64,000 nt of DNA, from NCBI RefSeq assembly GCF_009914755.1, contig NC_060943.1; one strand, given 5' to 3'. Below, piece by piece: positions 44,011 through 57,735 of the stretch (the first letter of the stretch is position 1; every line of letters begins with the position of its first letter). The stretch is from the human T2T-CHM13v2.0 reference genome, Homo sapiens. The notes under the pieces are model-generated. The model was not told where the DNA came from. It saw only the letters and a list, made by a program, of their open reading frames with translations, and did not search any database. Both the position numbers and the translations under genes were made by a program.

Positions 44011-44473
44011 TTAGTCATAATTGCAAATGACTGTACAGCAATTCATTTATTCCTTCCAACGGTCCTATGGAGTAGATACTGTTATTAGCCCATTTTCCAG
44101 ATAAGGAAACTGGTGTAATTGCCTAGGAAGTGGTGGAGGTGAGATTCAATCCCAAGCAGTCTGGCTCCAAAGGCTGTGCTGTAATCACCATACCCCTCTG
44201 TTGGGCAGGCTGACTCTCTGGGTTCCAACCCTGGCTCCACCATTTCCTTTCCTAGCCTCATGACTATGGGCAACTTGCCTAACCTCTTTGAATCTCAGTT
44301 TGCTCATCCATAAAATAGGTGCAAGAACAGTTCTCCTGTTTGGTTGTCCAGCATTAGCATAGAACCTAGCACATAACACATTCAATGTTAATTGTTGGTG
44401 TGATTCTGGGGTTCAGGAAGAGGTCTTGGAGACTCCTGCTGGCCTCCCCTGACCTCTCCCCCACATTCCTCAG

Positions 44474-44901
44474 GCCACCTGGGGGCCCCGAAGTGCACCC
44501 GCTGCCTCATCACCTTCGCAGATTCCAAGTTCCAGGAGCGTCACATGAAGCGGGAGCACCCAGCGGACTTCGTGGCCCAGAAGCTGCAGGGGGTCCTCTT
44601 CATCTGCTTCACCTGCGCCCGCTCCTTCCCCTCCTCCAAAGCCCTAATCACCCACCAGCGCAGCCACGGTCCAGCCGCCAAGCCCACCCTGCCGGTTGCA
44701 ACCACTACTGCCCAGCCCACCTTCCCTTGTCCTGACTGTGGCAAGACCTTTGGGCAGGCTGTTTCTCTGAGGCGGCACCGCCAGATGCATGAGGTCCGTG
44801 CCCCTCCTGGCACCTTCGCCTGCACAGAGTGCGGTCAGGACTTTGCTCAGGAAGCAGGGCTGCATCAACACTACATTCGGCATGCCCGGGGGGAGCTCTG
44901 A
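44474..44901 (+). CDS. ZNF576: ZNF576 last coding exon, four C2H2 zinc fingers
   Basis: CTCAG| acceptor, 428 nt; 85+428 = 513 nt = 170 aa; fingers CTRC, CFTC, CPDC, CTEC each with a His pair. Confidence 0.94.
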
Positions 44902-45031
44902 GTGCAGCTTAAGCCTCTCCACGGTGACGGGTGGCTCTGTGGCTGGTAGGACTCACCCATGATATGGGGTGCAGGAACTCTGGGGGCCCTGAAGGATTTG
45001 CTTCCCTCCCCTGGGAAGGCAGAGGGCTCTT

Positions 45032-45037
45032 AATAAA
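45032..45037 (+). terminator. ZNF576 proximal poly(A) signal
   Basis: AATAAA 130 nt after the stop; a further AATAAA at 46810-46815 lies in a MER58-like element. Confidence 0.7.
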
Positions 45038-46201
45038 GAGGACCCAGAAGATTCTTATTTAGAGCTTCAGTCTTTGGAGCACACAGGGCCTTCGTGAGAC
45101 AGTGAAATCAGATAATAATGAGATCTTTTGTTAAAAAAAAAAAATGGGAAGGGAGTGCGGGAGAGAAATGGTTTGTGTCTCCCTTATTCCCAGTTAAATA
45201 CCTAGCTGCAGATTGTGCCATCACCCTTCATTCTTCCCAGATGGATGCCATGGGCTATGGGAGCAAATTGCCCTGGACCTTTGCCTGAATGGGGGCAGGA
45301 AAGGTGAGGTGTTGCTGGCCTGTAATGCCACCAGGTGAGTTCCAGATGTGGAGCAACTTGGGCTTTTGGGGATGGGGCAGCAAAGTTGGGAGCTGGACCC
45401 CAATTGAGTGGGGGTAGCAATTGGAGTCCTTGTGTCTCTTTTCCACCCCCTGCCATCCTCACTTAGAGGGGCCATGGCACTAGATGGCACTAGTCCCCCG
45501 ATAATTTATGTCTCGTTGAAATAATTTTGTATATCATTCTAGTCCTGAAATATTTTTTTCATATGTGTAGGTGAAATGGTATGAATAAGCTAACAGGAAT
45601 AGTATCTAAAAACAGAAAACATCCATATTAAAATGTCTAAACAGGGAGCTCTGGCTTTTGAGTGGGAATTTCCAGAGAACATAAGGGTGTGGGCAGGTGG
45701 GGGAACTCAGGCCAGAGTTGGCCTCGCTTTGTGGGGAAACTGGTTTGGAATCAAACAGAGATACCTTCTGTTTCGGGTTTTATTTGGCCAACACTGGGAG
45801 ATTTCCCATTAAGATCCTATTTTCAGCTCTCTTGAAAGGCCCAACCTAGGCTGACATTGTCAGCAGGGGCAGGACAGAAGTTACAACAGGCTGGAGGGAG
45901 CAGTGGGTGTCACCCTCAACTGGAGATGAGTCCCACCAGGCCAGTTTTACCCCCTTAGTTACCTGCCCTGCACCTGCAGACAATGGTCGATGCCTTGCAT
46001 ATAATACTTATAGACTCTGTTTATGTTGAGGGATGTTTTTAAAGCCCACAGGTGAGGTGGATGTGGTAGACTGATCACTGTCTCTGTTTTTAGCTAGGCA
46101 CACAGTAGCTGAAAAGACTGCATTTCCCAGATTCCTTTGCAGCTAGATGTGGCCTTGTGACTGATTTCTGGCTAAATTCCTGGGTAGAACAGTCAAGCTT
46201 A

Positions 46202-46459
<258 letters not shown>

Positions 46460-46760
46460 TCAGCCTGGGTGACAGAGTGAGACTGTTTAAAAAAAAAGAA
46501 AAGAAAGGGACATACCTTTTTTCCACCTTCCTAACTGTAATACGGAAATGGTATCCAGCCATCTCAGACCATAAGGATAAGAGCAACACGTGGGAAGACA
46601 GAGCAACAAGATAGGAGCCTGGGTCTCTCGTCAATTTCAAGGAGCACAGCCACCATACCAGCCCACTTCCATATTGCTATCTAAGAAAGAAACTTCTATC
46701 TTATTTAAGCCACCATTATTTTGGGTCTCTGTCACATGCAACAGAATTTACAGCCTAAGA

Positions 46761-46975
46761 CAGGGGTCTGCAAACTATGGCCAACTCTAGCCTGCTGCCT
46801 GGTTTTGCAAATAAAATTTTATTTGAACAGTTTTATACTCATTCACTTATGTATCGTTGATGGCTGCTTTTGCCTAGAACAGCAGATCTGCATAGTTGCA
46901 ACAGAGATTTTAAGGCCTACAGAACTTAAAATAGTTACCATCTAGCCCTTTACAGGAGAAGTTTGCCAACCCCTG
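46761..46975 (+). mobile_element. MER58-like hAT MITE
   Basis: Terminal inverted repeats CAGGGGTCTGCAAACT / AGTTTGCCAACCCCTG; degenerate 8-bp TSD GCCTAAGA/GTCTAATA. Confidence 0.8.
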
Positions 46976-48413
46976 GTCTAATAAGACATTCAACCTACTC
47001 TGAGTCTGGAAGCAGAAATTTCCATCCTGGGAACCACCATCTTTACCAGGTAGGTAGGTAGGTAGGGTATGTGTGTGTGTGTGTGTTTTGGGGCAGGGCT
47101 ACCCTGGATCTCTTTGCTGGGGTGACTTATGGGGAGACTGGTTGGAGTTAGTAGACCATCAGTTTTTTTCAAGATACCAACTTCATGAAGAGCCAGATAT
47201 TTCCTCTGGCTCCTGGTGAATGCTCCGAAGTTTCCAACCCAGATATTGTCACACTACCCCCACAGTGGCTCCCCTAAACCAAACCTAAGTATCTAATCCC
47301 ACATGCTCTCCCAAGATAGCAGCCTGCCCAAGTACACCCTGGGCTTCCTGTTCTCTCCAGACATCACAGATTCTCTAAATAGCATCACTGATGACATCCA
47401 CATCTTTATCTGCAGCCCAAACCCCAGACATAAGATATAACCACTTGAATAAACAAATGGAGATCTCAAACTTAAAATGGGTCAACAGGACTCCTGCGGC
47501 CCAACCTGCACCACCATTGCCATCATGTTAGTAAACTGTGCACTCTTAAATTCTTTTTTCTTTTTTGAGTCTCACTTTGTCTCCCAGGCTGGAGTGCAGT
47601 GGTGTGATCTCAGCTCACTGAAGCCTCCGCCTCCTGGATTCAGGCAATTTTCCAGCCCCAGCCTCCCGAGTAGCTGGGATTACAGGTGTGCACCACTATA
47701 ACTGGCTAATTTTTTGTATTTTTAGTAGAGACGGGGTTTCATTATGTTGCTCAGGCTGATCTCAAAACTCCTGGCCTTCAGTGATCTGCCCGCCTGGGCC
47801 TCCCAAAGTGCTGGGATTATAGGTGTGAGCCACTGCACCTGGCCTTCATTTTTTTTTTTTTTTTTTTTTTCCCCTTCAGACAGGGTCTCGCTGTGTAGCC
47901 CAGGATAGAGTGCAGTGGTAAGATCTTGGCTCACTGCAGCCTTGATCTCCTCAGGCTCAGATGATCCTCCCACCTCCACCTCCCTCCCTGTAGCTGGGAC
48001 TACAGGTGTGCACTACTATGAACAGCTAATTTTTTGTAGAGATGGAGTTTCACCATGTTGTTCAGGCTGGTCTTGAACTCCTCGGCTCAAACAATCCGCC
48101 CACCTCGATCTCCCAAAGTGCTAGGATTACAGGCGTGAGCCACCGTGCCTGGCTGACTTTCAGCCTTCTAACACCTGTGTAACTATTCCCTGTATTAAAT
48201 CCTCTTTGGGGAATGCCTGGCCTGACTCCATATCCTGAATGGGTGCTGGCTGAATGACCCAACTCCTGATTGATAGTGCCTCTTGTGATCCTTAGGAATA
48301 TTTGCCAATGGATGGAAATTCTCTATATTTGTCCTTAGAAGTCCTGTCTTATGGCAGAAGACAGGATGGGGTGCTGCTCCAGGAAACAAAACCTATGATC
48401 ACACTTATCCATG

Positions 48414-48836
48414 TGCTATAGTTGAATGTATGTGTCCCCCTAATATTCATATGTTGGGAACCTAAGACCCCATGTGATAGTATTCAGACATGGGGCCTTT
48501 AGGAGATGGTTAAGTCACAGGGGCTCTGCCCTCATGAACAAGATAAGTGCCCTTAGAAAAGGACCCAAGGGAAGTAGCTAGGCCTTCTCCCCTTCCATCT
48601 CTCCTACCATCTGAGGACACAGCATTCATCCCTTTCTGCCACCTTCCACTGTGTAAGGATGCAGCAAGAAGGCACCAACTTGGAAGCAGAGAGCAACCCT
48701 TAATTAGACACCAAATCTGCTGGTTCCCTGACCTGGGACTTAACCACTCTCCAGAACTATGAGGAATTAACCTTTGCTCTTTATGAATTACCCAGTCTCA
48801 GGTATTTTGTTACAGCCGCACAAACGGACTAAGACT
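48414..48836 (+). mobile_element. MST-family MaLR solo LTR
   Basis: TGCTATAGTTGAATG.. start; ends TTACCCAGTCTCAGGTATTTTGTTACAGC..AAACGGACTAAGAC. Confidence 0.75.
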
Positions 48837-48908
48837 CTGTTGTTTTAATGAGCCTGGAATTTCTGCTGATGATTCTGAGGTTCCATGATGCTAAGCTATA
48901 GTGGCTAG

Positions 48909-49091
<183 letters not shown>

Positions 49092-49793
49092 TGAGGTCAG
49101 GAGTTCGAGACCAGCCTGGCCAACATGGTGAAACTGCATCTCTACTAAAAATACAAAAATTAGCCGGGGGTGGTAGTACCGCGCCTGTGGTCCCAGCTAC
49201 TCAGAAGGCTGAGGCATGAGAATCGCTTGAACCCAGAATGCAGAGGCTGCAGTGAGCTGAGATCATGTCCACTACACTCCAGCCTGGGCGACAGAGCGAG
49301 ACTCCGTCTCAAAAAAAAAAAAAAAAAAAAAAAAAGCAGATGCTCTTCAGGGCCAAGCAGGCAGGGTAGGGGTGTCCAGATGTGAGGCATTGGTGACTGG
49401 GCACATAAGAGTGAATGCCTCCCCTACAGAAAGTGACTCCTTCTCAGCACCAACAAACCACTATCCCCATGGGAACTGGGGGTTCAGCAATATAGATCTC
49501 ACAATTTTCGAGACAGTCCAGAAACTTCAATTTTTTTAAATGTGAAATTACCCATTTTTCAACATTGGTAACCAACGTAACTTAAAAAAATTCAATAGCT
49601 CTGTGGAGACCAGATACACTCCTCTAAGTCAGATGGTGGCTGTGGGCACTAGACTGCCATTTCTGGTGTGTGGCTTAGTGGTTAAGAGTGGATGCACCTG
49701 CATCCAGTTGTCTGGGTACAAACCAGGGCTCTGCTGCTTACTGGCTTTGTGACCTCTGGCAGGTAACTCAACCTCCCTGTGCCTCTGTTGTAG

Positions 49794-50063
<270 letters not shown>

Positions 50064-53009
50064 TGAGATTACAGGCATGAGCAACCATGCCTGGCCTGTT
50101 GTAGCAGTTATAAAATAGTCATAAAAGTAGCCTCTAAGGATTATTATGAGCACTCAGATTACTGTGAGGACTCAGACTTGGAGACAATGCCAAAGTCAGT
50201 ATATGGCTCTTACGGCCTGGTTCTCCGCTACTTTCTGACCTCACCTCTTACCTGTCTTCCTCAGTTCCAGCCTCGTGGCCCTGTGTTCTCTTCCCAAGCA
50301 CCCCAAGTGGGCTCCCACCTCGGGCCATTGCATTTACTGTCCCCACAGACAGCCACAAGGCTCACTCCTGCCCCTTCTCTAGGTCTCTGCTCTGATGTCA
50401 TCTCAGTGAAGCCTTCCTTGACCACCCTACTTAAAACTGCAACCTTCACACACACAAGCTTCCCACCCTGTTCCTTTTTCTCCATAGCACTTATGACTAA
50501 CATTCCATAAAATTTGTATTTTTTTTTTTTTTTTTTTTTTGAGACAGTCTCGCTCTGTCGCCCAGGCTGGAGTGCAGTGGCGCGATCTCAGCTCACTGCA
50601 AGCTCTGCCTCCCGGGTTCATGCCATTCTCTTGCCTCAGCCTCTCCGAGTAGCTGGGACTACAGGTGCCCGCCACCATGCCCAGCTAATTTTTTATATTT
50701 TTAGCAGAGACGGGGTTTCACCGTGGTCTCAATCTCCTGACCTCTTGATCCGCCCGCCTCGGCCTCCCAAAGTGCTGGGATTACAAGCATGAGCCACCGC
50801 GCCCAGCCACAATTTGTATATTTTACTTAAATACTTGATTACTGTCTTCCCCATTATAACCTCCACAAAGGGAGGGGGTTTTTGTTCATTGTGTTGACTG
50901 CTATATTTCCAACTCCCAGAGCAGTGCCTGCCATCTCATAGGTGCTCAATAAATCATTGTTGGGTGAATGAGTAAACAAGTAACAGTCCCTAACTTGTAA
51001 GGATCTGATGTGACTGTCCACATAAAGCACTGAGCCCAGGGCCTGGTCCACCGTGAGCGCTGACTTAATGATGGCCATTACAGTAATTCAGGTTCTATTC
51101 TTGAAGGTTCTTAGTCTCCAACCTTCTATGAGTTAACACATGTAAAGCGCCTTAGAACAGGGCTGGTTGCCCAGTAAATTCTCAGTAAATGATAGCTATT
51201 ATTATAATTAGGCTTCTATTTTCAAAGTAGCTTCGGCGCCAAGCTTCTGTGAATTACGAATTAGTACTTCCCATCTCTGAGCCCAAGTTTTGGCAAGGCT
51301 GTAAAGAGCTGGTCCTTTGCTACCCTTTGACCTCATCCCTACAGCTCTGGCCTCCTTGGCACACCAGGCAGGCTCCTGCCTCCTCCAGCCTGAAGTGCTC
51401 TTCCCCATTGATGTACATGGCTCCCCCCGGCTTCAGATCTGTCACCTTCTCAGGGAGGACTATACTCTTTAAAATTGCAACCTCCTTCCAGAACAGTTCT
51501 CCCTTCAGTCCTTTTTTAAATTTTTTTCTTGCAACAAATTCCTGCCATCATCCAGGCTAGAGTGCAGTGAGCACAGTGGCACAATTACAGGCCACTCCAG
51601 CCTCAACCTCCAAGCCTCAAGTGATCCTGAATAGCTGGGACCATAGGCATGCACCACCAAGCCCAGCTAATTTAATTTTTTGTAGATGGGGTCTCACTGT
51701 GTTGCCCAGGCTGGCCTTCAACTCCTGGGCTCAAGAAATCTTCCCACCTCGGCCTCCCAAAGTGCTGGAATTATAGGTGTGAGCCACTGCACCTGGCCTT
51801 CCTTCAGTTTTTTTTTTTTGTGTGTGTGTGTGTGTGGTTTTTTTTTGAGACAGGGTCTCACTGTTGCCCAGGCTGGAGTGCAGCGACACTTCTTAGGCTC
51901 CAGCAATCCTCCCACCTAAGCCTCCCTAGTACTAGGACTATAGCCGTGTACCATCGTTAGCCCAGCTAATTTTTTGTATTTTGTAGAGATGGGGTTTTGG
52001 CATGCTGCCCAGGCTGGTCTCAAACTCCTGGGCTCAAGCAATCCACCCACCTCAGTGCTGGGATTTCAGGAGTGAGCCACCATGCCGGGCCTCCTTTCAG
52101 TGCTTTATTGTTCTCACAGCATTTATCAGCACCCGGCATATGCTGTATCTTACTTGTTTATGTCTGTCTTCACCAGCAGCCTCTACCCACTCCCATGTAA
52201 GCTCCATGAGGACAACGATTTTATTTTATTCACTGCTGTGTTCCCAATGCTTAGCACACAGCAGGTACTCAAAAATATTTGTTAAATGAATTAATGGATC
52301 ACAATCCCTGTCTCACAGGGTTATTCTAAGAAGCTGATAATCTCATGCAAATTAAGTACAGCACTCTGTAAGTGCTGGGAAAATGGCAGCTGCAATTATC
52401 ATTAAGGTTCTATTTTTGTAAGTTCCTAGATGCACCATTTCTATGAGTCAATATATATAAAGCCCTTGGACTGGCACCAGATACCCAGGAAGCGCTGAGA
52501 AAGCGTAGCTGTGATTATAATTAAAGTCCTCTTTGTGGAAGTTCCTAGGCTATGTGGCAGAAAGCCCTAGCTGTCCTCCATGAACTGTTTTCTGCTTTCT
52601 GGGCGCTTGGCTAGACTGCTTCTCCCAGGTTGTTTTTGCAGTTAGCTGCGGCCACATATCTAATTTCTCAGCAAAGGCGTGTCAATGGAAGCAGTGTGTG
52701 CCCCTGGCAGGCCAGGGCTTGTAAGACAACACGTGCACCTCACCAGGCATCCTGTCCTCTTCTGCCAGCAGGACCCAGGCTATGGCCACCCAGTCTGGAC
52801 CATGGGGGAGACAACAGGCTTAAGGGATGGCCTGGGTCCCCAAATGACTCACCCAGCACCATTTTGTGAGTGAGAAACAAAATTCTATTATTAGAGCCTT
52901 TACATTATGGGGTCTGTAAGTAAATACATGGAAACCTCATCGAATACAAGCACGCAGTAAATGTTATCTTTCCCAAAAGACCCCAAGGTTCCCCAAGAAG
53001 GAGCCCAGG

Positions 53010-53078
53010 GGGAATACACACACACACACACACACACAAACACACACACGGGCGGGAATACACACACACACACACACT
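53010..53078. repeat. Duplicated GGGAATA(CA)n microsatellite in the ZNF428 3' region
   Basis: gggaatacacacac... occurs at 53010 and again at 53054. Confidence 0.88.
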
Positions 53079-53111
53079 CTGAACCAACACACACAGATAC
53101 AGATTTTGGCT

Positions 53112-53117
53112 TTTATT
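53112..53117 (-). terminator. ZNF428 proximal poly(A) signal
   Basis: AATAAA on - strand 140 nt after the stop, followed by a GU-rich tract. Confidence 0.7.
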
Positions 53118-53257
53118 CTGGCCATCACACATCTACTTCTAAGACAACACAGACCGGCAGTACCCCATCCCCCATGACCACTGTCACAACCCCAATTTCC
53201 TCAGCCCCCTCCTCCCACCCCACCCCTTCTGCCAAGCTCCCCGTATGGGGGCTCTGC

Positions 53258-53748
53258 CTACACCTCACCCCGGGCATGCAGCATGAAGTGCCCGTGCAGC
53301 TCCCCCAGGTTGTCGAAGGAATCCTCACATTCCGTACAGTGGTAGGTTCCCTCCTCCTCCTCTTCCTCCTCCTCCTCCCGCCCAGCTGGTCGGCCCTCCC
53401 CAGCCCGAGGTGGTTCCTCCTCTTCCTCCCCGAGGGCCCTGCCTTCAGGGGCTGGTGCTTCCTGGGGGGCTGTAGCAGGGCAGCAGAGCCGGCAGGGTGG
53501 GGTTCCCGGTGGGGCCTCCCCAAGGGGTGAGCGGCCACAGAGCTGGCAAGGCTGGGCCGGGGGCTGGGCTGCACGGGGGGCCCGGCGGGATGGGCCACCA
53601 CGGCCCCCGCCAAGGCGCTGCTTCACCTTGTAGCCAGGATCATATTCAGGATCGTCAGTGGTCTCCTCTTCCTCCTCCTCCTCATCTTCTTCCTCTTCGG
53701 AGTCCGGCTCTGAGAGAGTGTATTCTGAATCAGAGGAATGCTCGGGGC
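53258..53748 (-). CDS. ZNF428: ZNF428 last coding exon: acidic tracts plus one C-terminal C2H2 finger
   Basis: TCCAG| acceptor, 491 nt to TAG; 76+491 = 567 nt = 188 aa; YHCTEC...HGHFMLH. Confidence 0.93.
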
Positions 53749-54367
53749 CTGGAGGGGGACAGACAGGGGAAGACAGTGGTATCAGAGGAAAGAGGGCTAG
53801 GCCAAGCTGTCCCCTCCCTGAATCCCCACATTCAGACTTGCCATAGTATGACAAGGATAGCCTAGACACTACCCTTCCCTTCCCCACAGATGAGTCCCCA
53901 TGGCACAGAACAAGACTGGCACCCAGTAGATTCCCTGTATCTTTGTGTCAAGCAAATGAATGTCTTCCAAGAACTGCATGGGACAGGACTGGGCACAGTG
54001 GCTTATGCCTGTAATCCCAGCACTTTTGGGTGGCCAAGGTGGGAAGATCACTTGAGCCCAGAAGTTTGAGACCAGCCTGGGCAATATAGCAAGACTCCGT
54101 CTCTACAAAAAATTAAAAAATTAGCCAGGCCTGGTGATGCATTACCTGTAGTACCAGCTTCTCGGGAGGCTGAGGCGGGAGGATCACTTGAGCCGAGGAG
54201 TTCCAGGCTGCATTTGAGCCATGATTGCGCCACTCCCTTCCAGCCTGGGTGACAGAGTGAGACCTCACCACTTAAAAAGAATTTTTTTGGCCGGGCGCGG
54301 TAGATTACTCCTGTAATCCTAGCACTTTGGGAGGCCAAGGTGGGCAGATCATGAGGTCAGGAGTTCA

Positions 54368-54667
<300 letters not shown>

Positions 54668-54999
54668 TTAGGAAGGACAAAGCCGGAGTAGTAAAAACCC
54701 ACCAGTAACAACAGCATCCTTGCTATTGTAGGAGCCCTGTTCTTATACATTAACTCACTAAATCCTCAACAACCCTTTGAGGGTGGTACTATTACTATCC
54801 CCAGTTGATGGATGTGGAAACTGAGGCACAGGGAGGCTAGACGACTCACTCCCCTGTGGTTACACAGCTCTGGCAGGAAAAGCTGAACCTGGGCCATGGC
54901 TGACACTGGATCATTTTAGGGAGACAACCATTTGAAAAGGTATTTGTGCAAATTAAAACACATGCATACACACAGATGTACTTTTATATCTGTGGCCAT

Positions 55000-55000
55000 G

Positions 55001-55036
<36 letters not shown>
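55000..55036. repeat. (GA)n microsatellite
   Basis: Read directly; a similar tract lies at 22954-22983. Confidence 0.9.
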
Positions 55037-55037
<1 letters not shown>

Positions 55038-56912
55038 TTAGGTGAATTAAAATATTTATTTATAGGTAAGATATATTACTGTGATTTCACAGTTATCAAG
55101 GACAGGCCTAGGACAAGTTTAGGTTTAAAGAAAAAGGCCTGTAATCTAGCACTTTGGGAGGCTGAGGTGGGCGGATTGCCTGAACTCAGGAGTTCATGAC
55201 CCACTCTGGGCAACATGGTGAAACCCCGTCTCTACTAAAAATACAAAATTTAGCCAAGTGTGGGGTGGTGGGTGCCTATAGTCCCAGCTACTCAGGACTC
55301 TGAGGCAGGAGAATTGCTCGAACCCGGGAGGCGGAGGTTGCGATGAGCCAATATTGAACCACTGCACTCCAGCCTGGGTGACAGAGCAAGACTCCGTTCC
55401 CAAAAAAAAAAAAGAAAAGGGGAAAAATTTATAGTTGATATACGGAAAAGGGCGACATCAGCTGCCATTATGGGGGCGCACACACAGAGTAATGGTTGGG
55501 GATGGGGTCCCTGTGACCACAGTGTGGGAAGTACCAGCTTCTTCGGCCTTGGTGGTAGGAGCCTGCCAAAAGCCTCACCTTGTATCCATCCCAGCCCCAT
55601 TCCTCAGTTTCTCCCAGAACCCAGAGGATCCTGCTACTGCACCCTGTGCTCCGCCCTTGCTCCTGTCATCACAGTGGCCACAGGCTCTTCATACCAGGCT
55701 CCTCACCTTCCAACACCCCAGGCCCATACCTGCCTCAGGGTCTTTGCCACCCTTTCTGCCGATGTCACTCTCCATTCCATGTCTCTTCTCAAGTGTCACC
55801 TTCTCAGTGACGCCCTGGCCACTCCCCAGCACTCCCTAGGCCCCTTACTCTGCTTGATTTTTCTCCATCTTCTTTTGAGATAGAGTCTCGCTCTGTCATC
55901 CAGGCTGGAGTGCAGTGGCGTGATCTCAGCTCACTGGAAACTCCGCCTCCTGGGTTCAGGCAATTCTTCTGCCTCAGCCTCTCAAGTAACTGGGATTACA
56001 GGGGCGCACCAGCATGCCCAGGTAATTTTTGTATTTTTAGTAGAGACGGGGTTTCACCTTGTTGGCCAGGCTGGTCTCAAACTCCTGACCTCAAGTGATC
56101 CACTCATCTCAGCCTCCCAAAGTGCTGGGATTATAGGTATGAGCCACCGCAGCCGGCTCATTTTTCTCCATCTTCTGACTCACTGCATTCAACATTTACT
56201 TGTGTGTTTGTTTACTGCCTGTCCCCGAGAGCTGGGACTTTGTCTGGTTCACTGCTGTGGCCCCAGCATCTAAAACACTTCCTTTGTGCAAAGAAAGTAC
56301 TTATGACATATTTATGGCATGGATATCTCTGCATGGAATTTGACAAACCTTTTCTGAGGCTTCACACACACTGTTCCTCCCTCTGGTGGGAATGTCCTGC
56401 CCTAGTTTTTCCCACCATCCTTTAGGACCCAGTGGGAGGCCTTCCTCTTTGGTGAGGCCGTCCCAGACCTCCTCATCCCAGGCAGCCAGTCACTTTTTTT
56501 ACCACCCTCCTGCTGGGTCCCCAGCATCACCAGCCCAGAACAGGTTATAACTCTTTCCTTCTGAACATCCGTCCCTGCAGCTCTCTCCTACTAGTTCCTG
56601 CCATTTAACAATCGTTTCCTGAGGCCTTGGTATGGGCTGTTCCCCACTCTATCCACCTGGTGACCCCCTACTCATCCTTCAAGACCCAGCACAAACTCTG
56701 TCCTCTGTGAAGCCACCACCCTGAAGCCCCAGGCTCCCAGCCAGGTCTCTCTCCAGCTTCCCCTGCCCCAGCACCTCCTCCTGTTACTGCCCTAGAAGCT
56801 GACTGCAGTCAGCTGCCCCCCAGGGTATCTCCCTTATCTGACTGGGAACTCCTCAAGGGCAGGTATGATCTTGGGGTCCGCAGCAGAGGACGTGTGGGTG
56901 AGTGGATGATAG

Positions 56913-57197
<285 letters not shown>

Positions 57198-57735
57198 TGA
57201 ACTCCTGACCTCAGGTGATCTGCCTGCCTCAGCCTCCCAAAGTGCTGGGATTACAGGTGTGAGCCACCGCGCCCAGCCTGACCCTTTCTTTCTCTACTGG
57301 CAAAACTCCTGCTCCTTTTTAAAGCCAAGCTCATGTCACCTCCTCTGTGAAGTCCTCGCTGACTCCCCAAGCGGTCAGTGTCTCTCTCGTATGGGCTCCC
57401 CGGCCCCTGCACTGCTCTCCATCACACCCTGACCACTCTGGGCAGTGGCCCCCCTCCCCACCCACTGACTATGGGCTCCTTGAAGGCAGGGCCTGGGTCT
57501 GCCCCATCTCTGTGTCCCCAGCAATGCTGGGCATGAGTCAGCCTCAGAAGACATCTGCTGAATGGCTGCAAACCAGAGGAAATATCTCCAGCCTCAGGCT
57601 GGGACCCCTCCCCTCTCTCCTCCCACCTCTGACTTCATACCACTCACCCTCCAGAGTCTTCAATGCCCACTATTACTTCACACAGTTGGCCTGTGACAGG
57701 CAATCAGGTCATCGTCCACGGCTACCAGGTGTTTC

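Noticed and set aside
52961-53865. Alternative-frame and antisense ORFs over ZNF428 (HTHT and SSSS runs)
   Set aside because: Produced by (CA)n and (GAG)n repeats of the real gene
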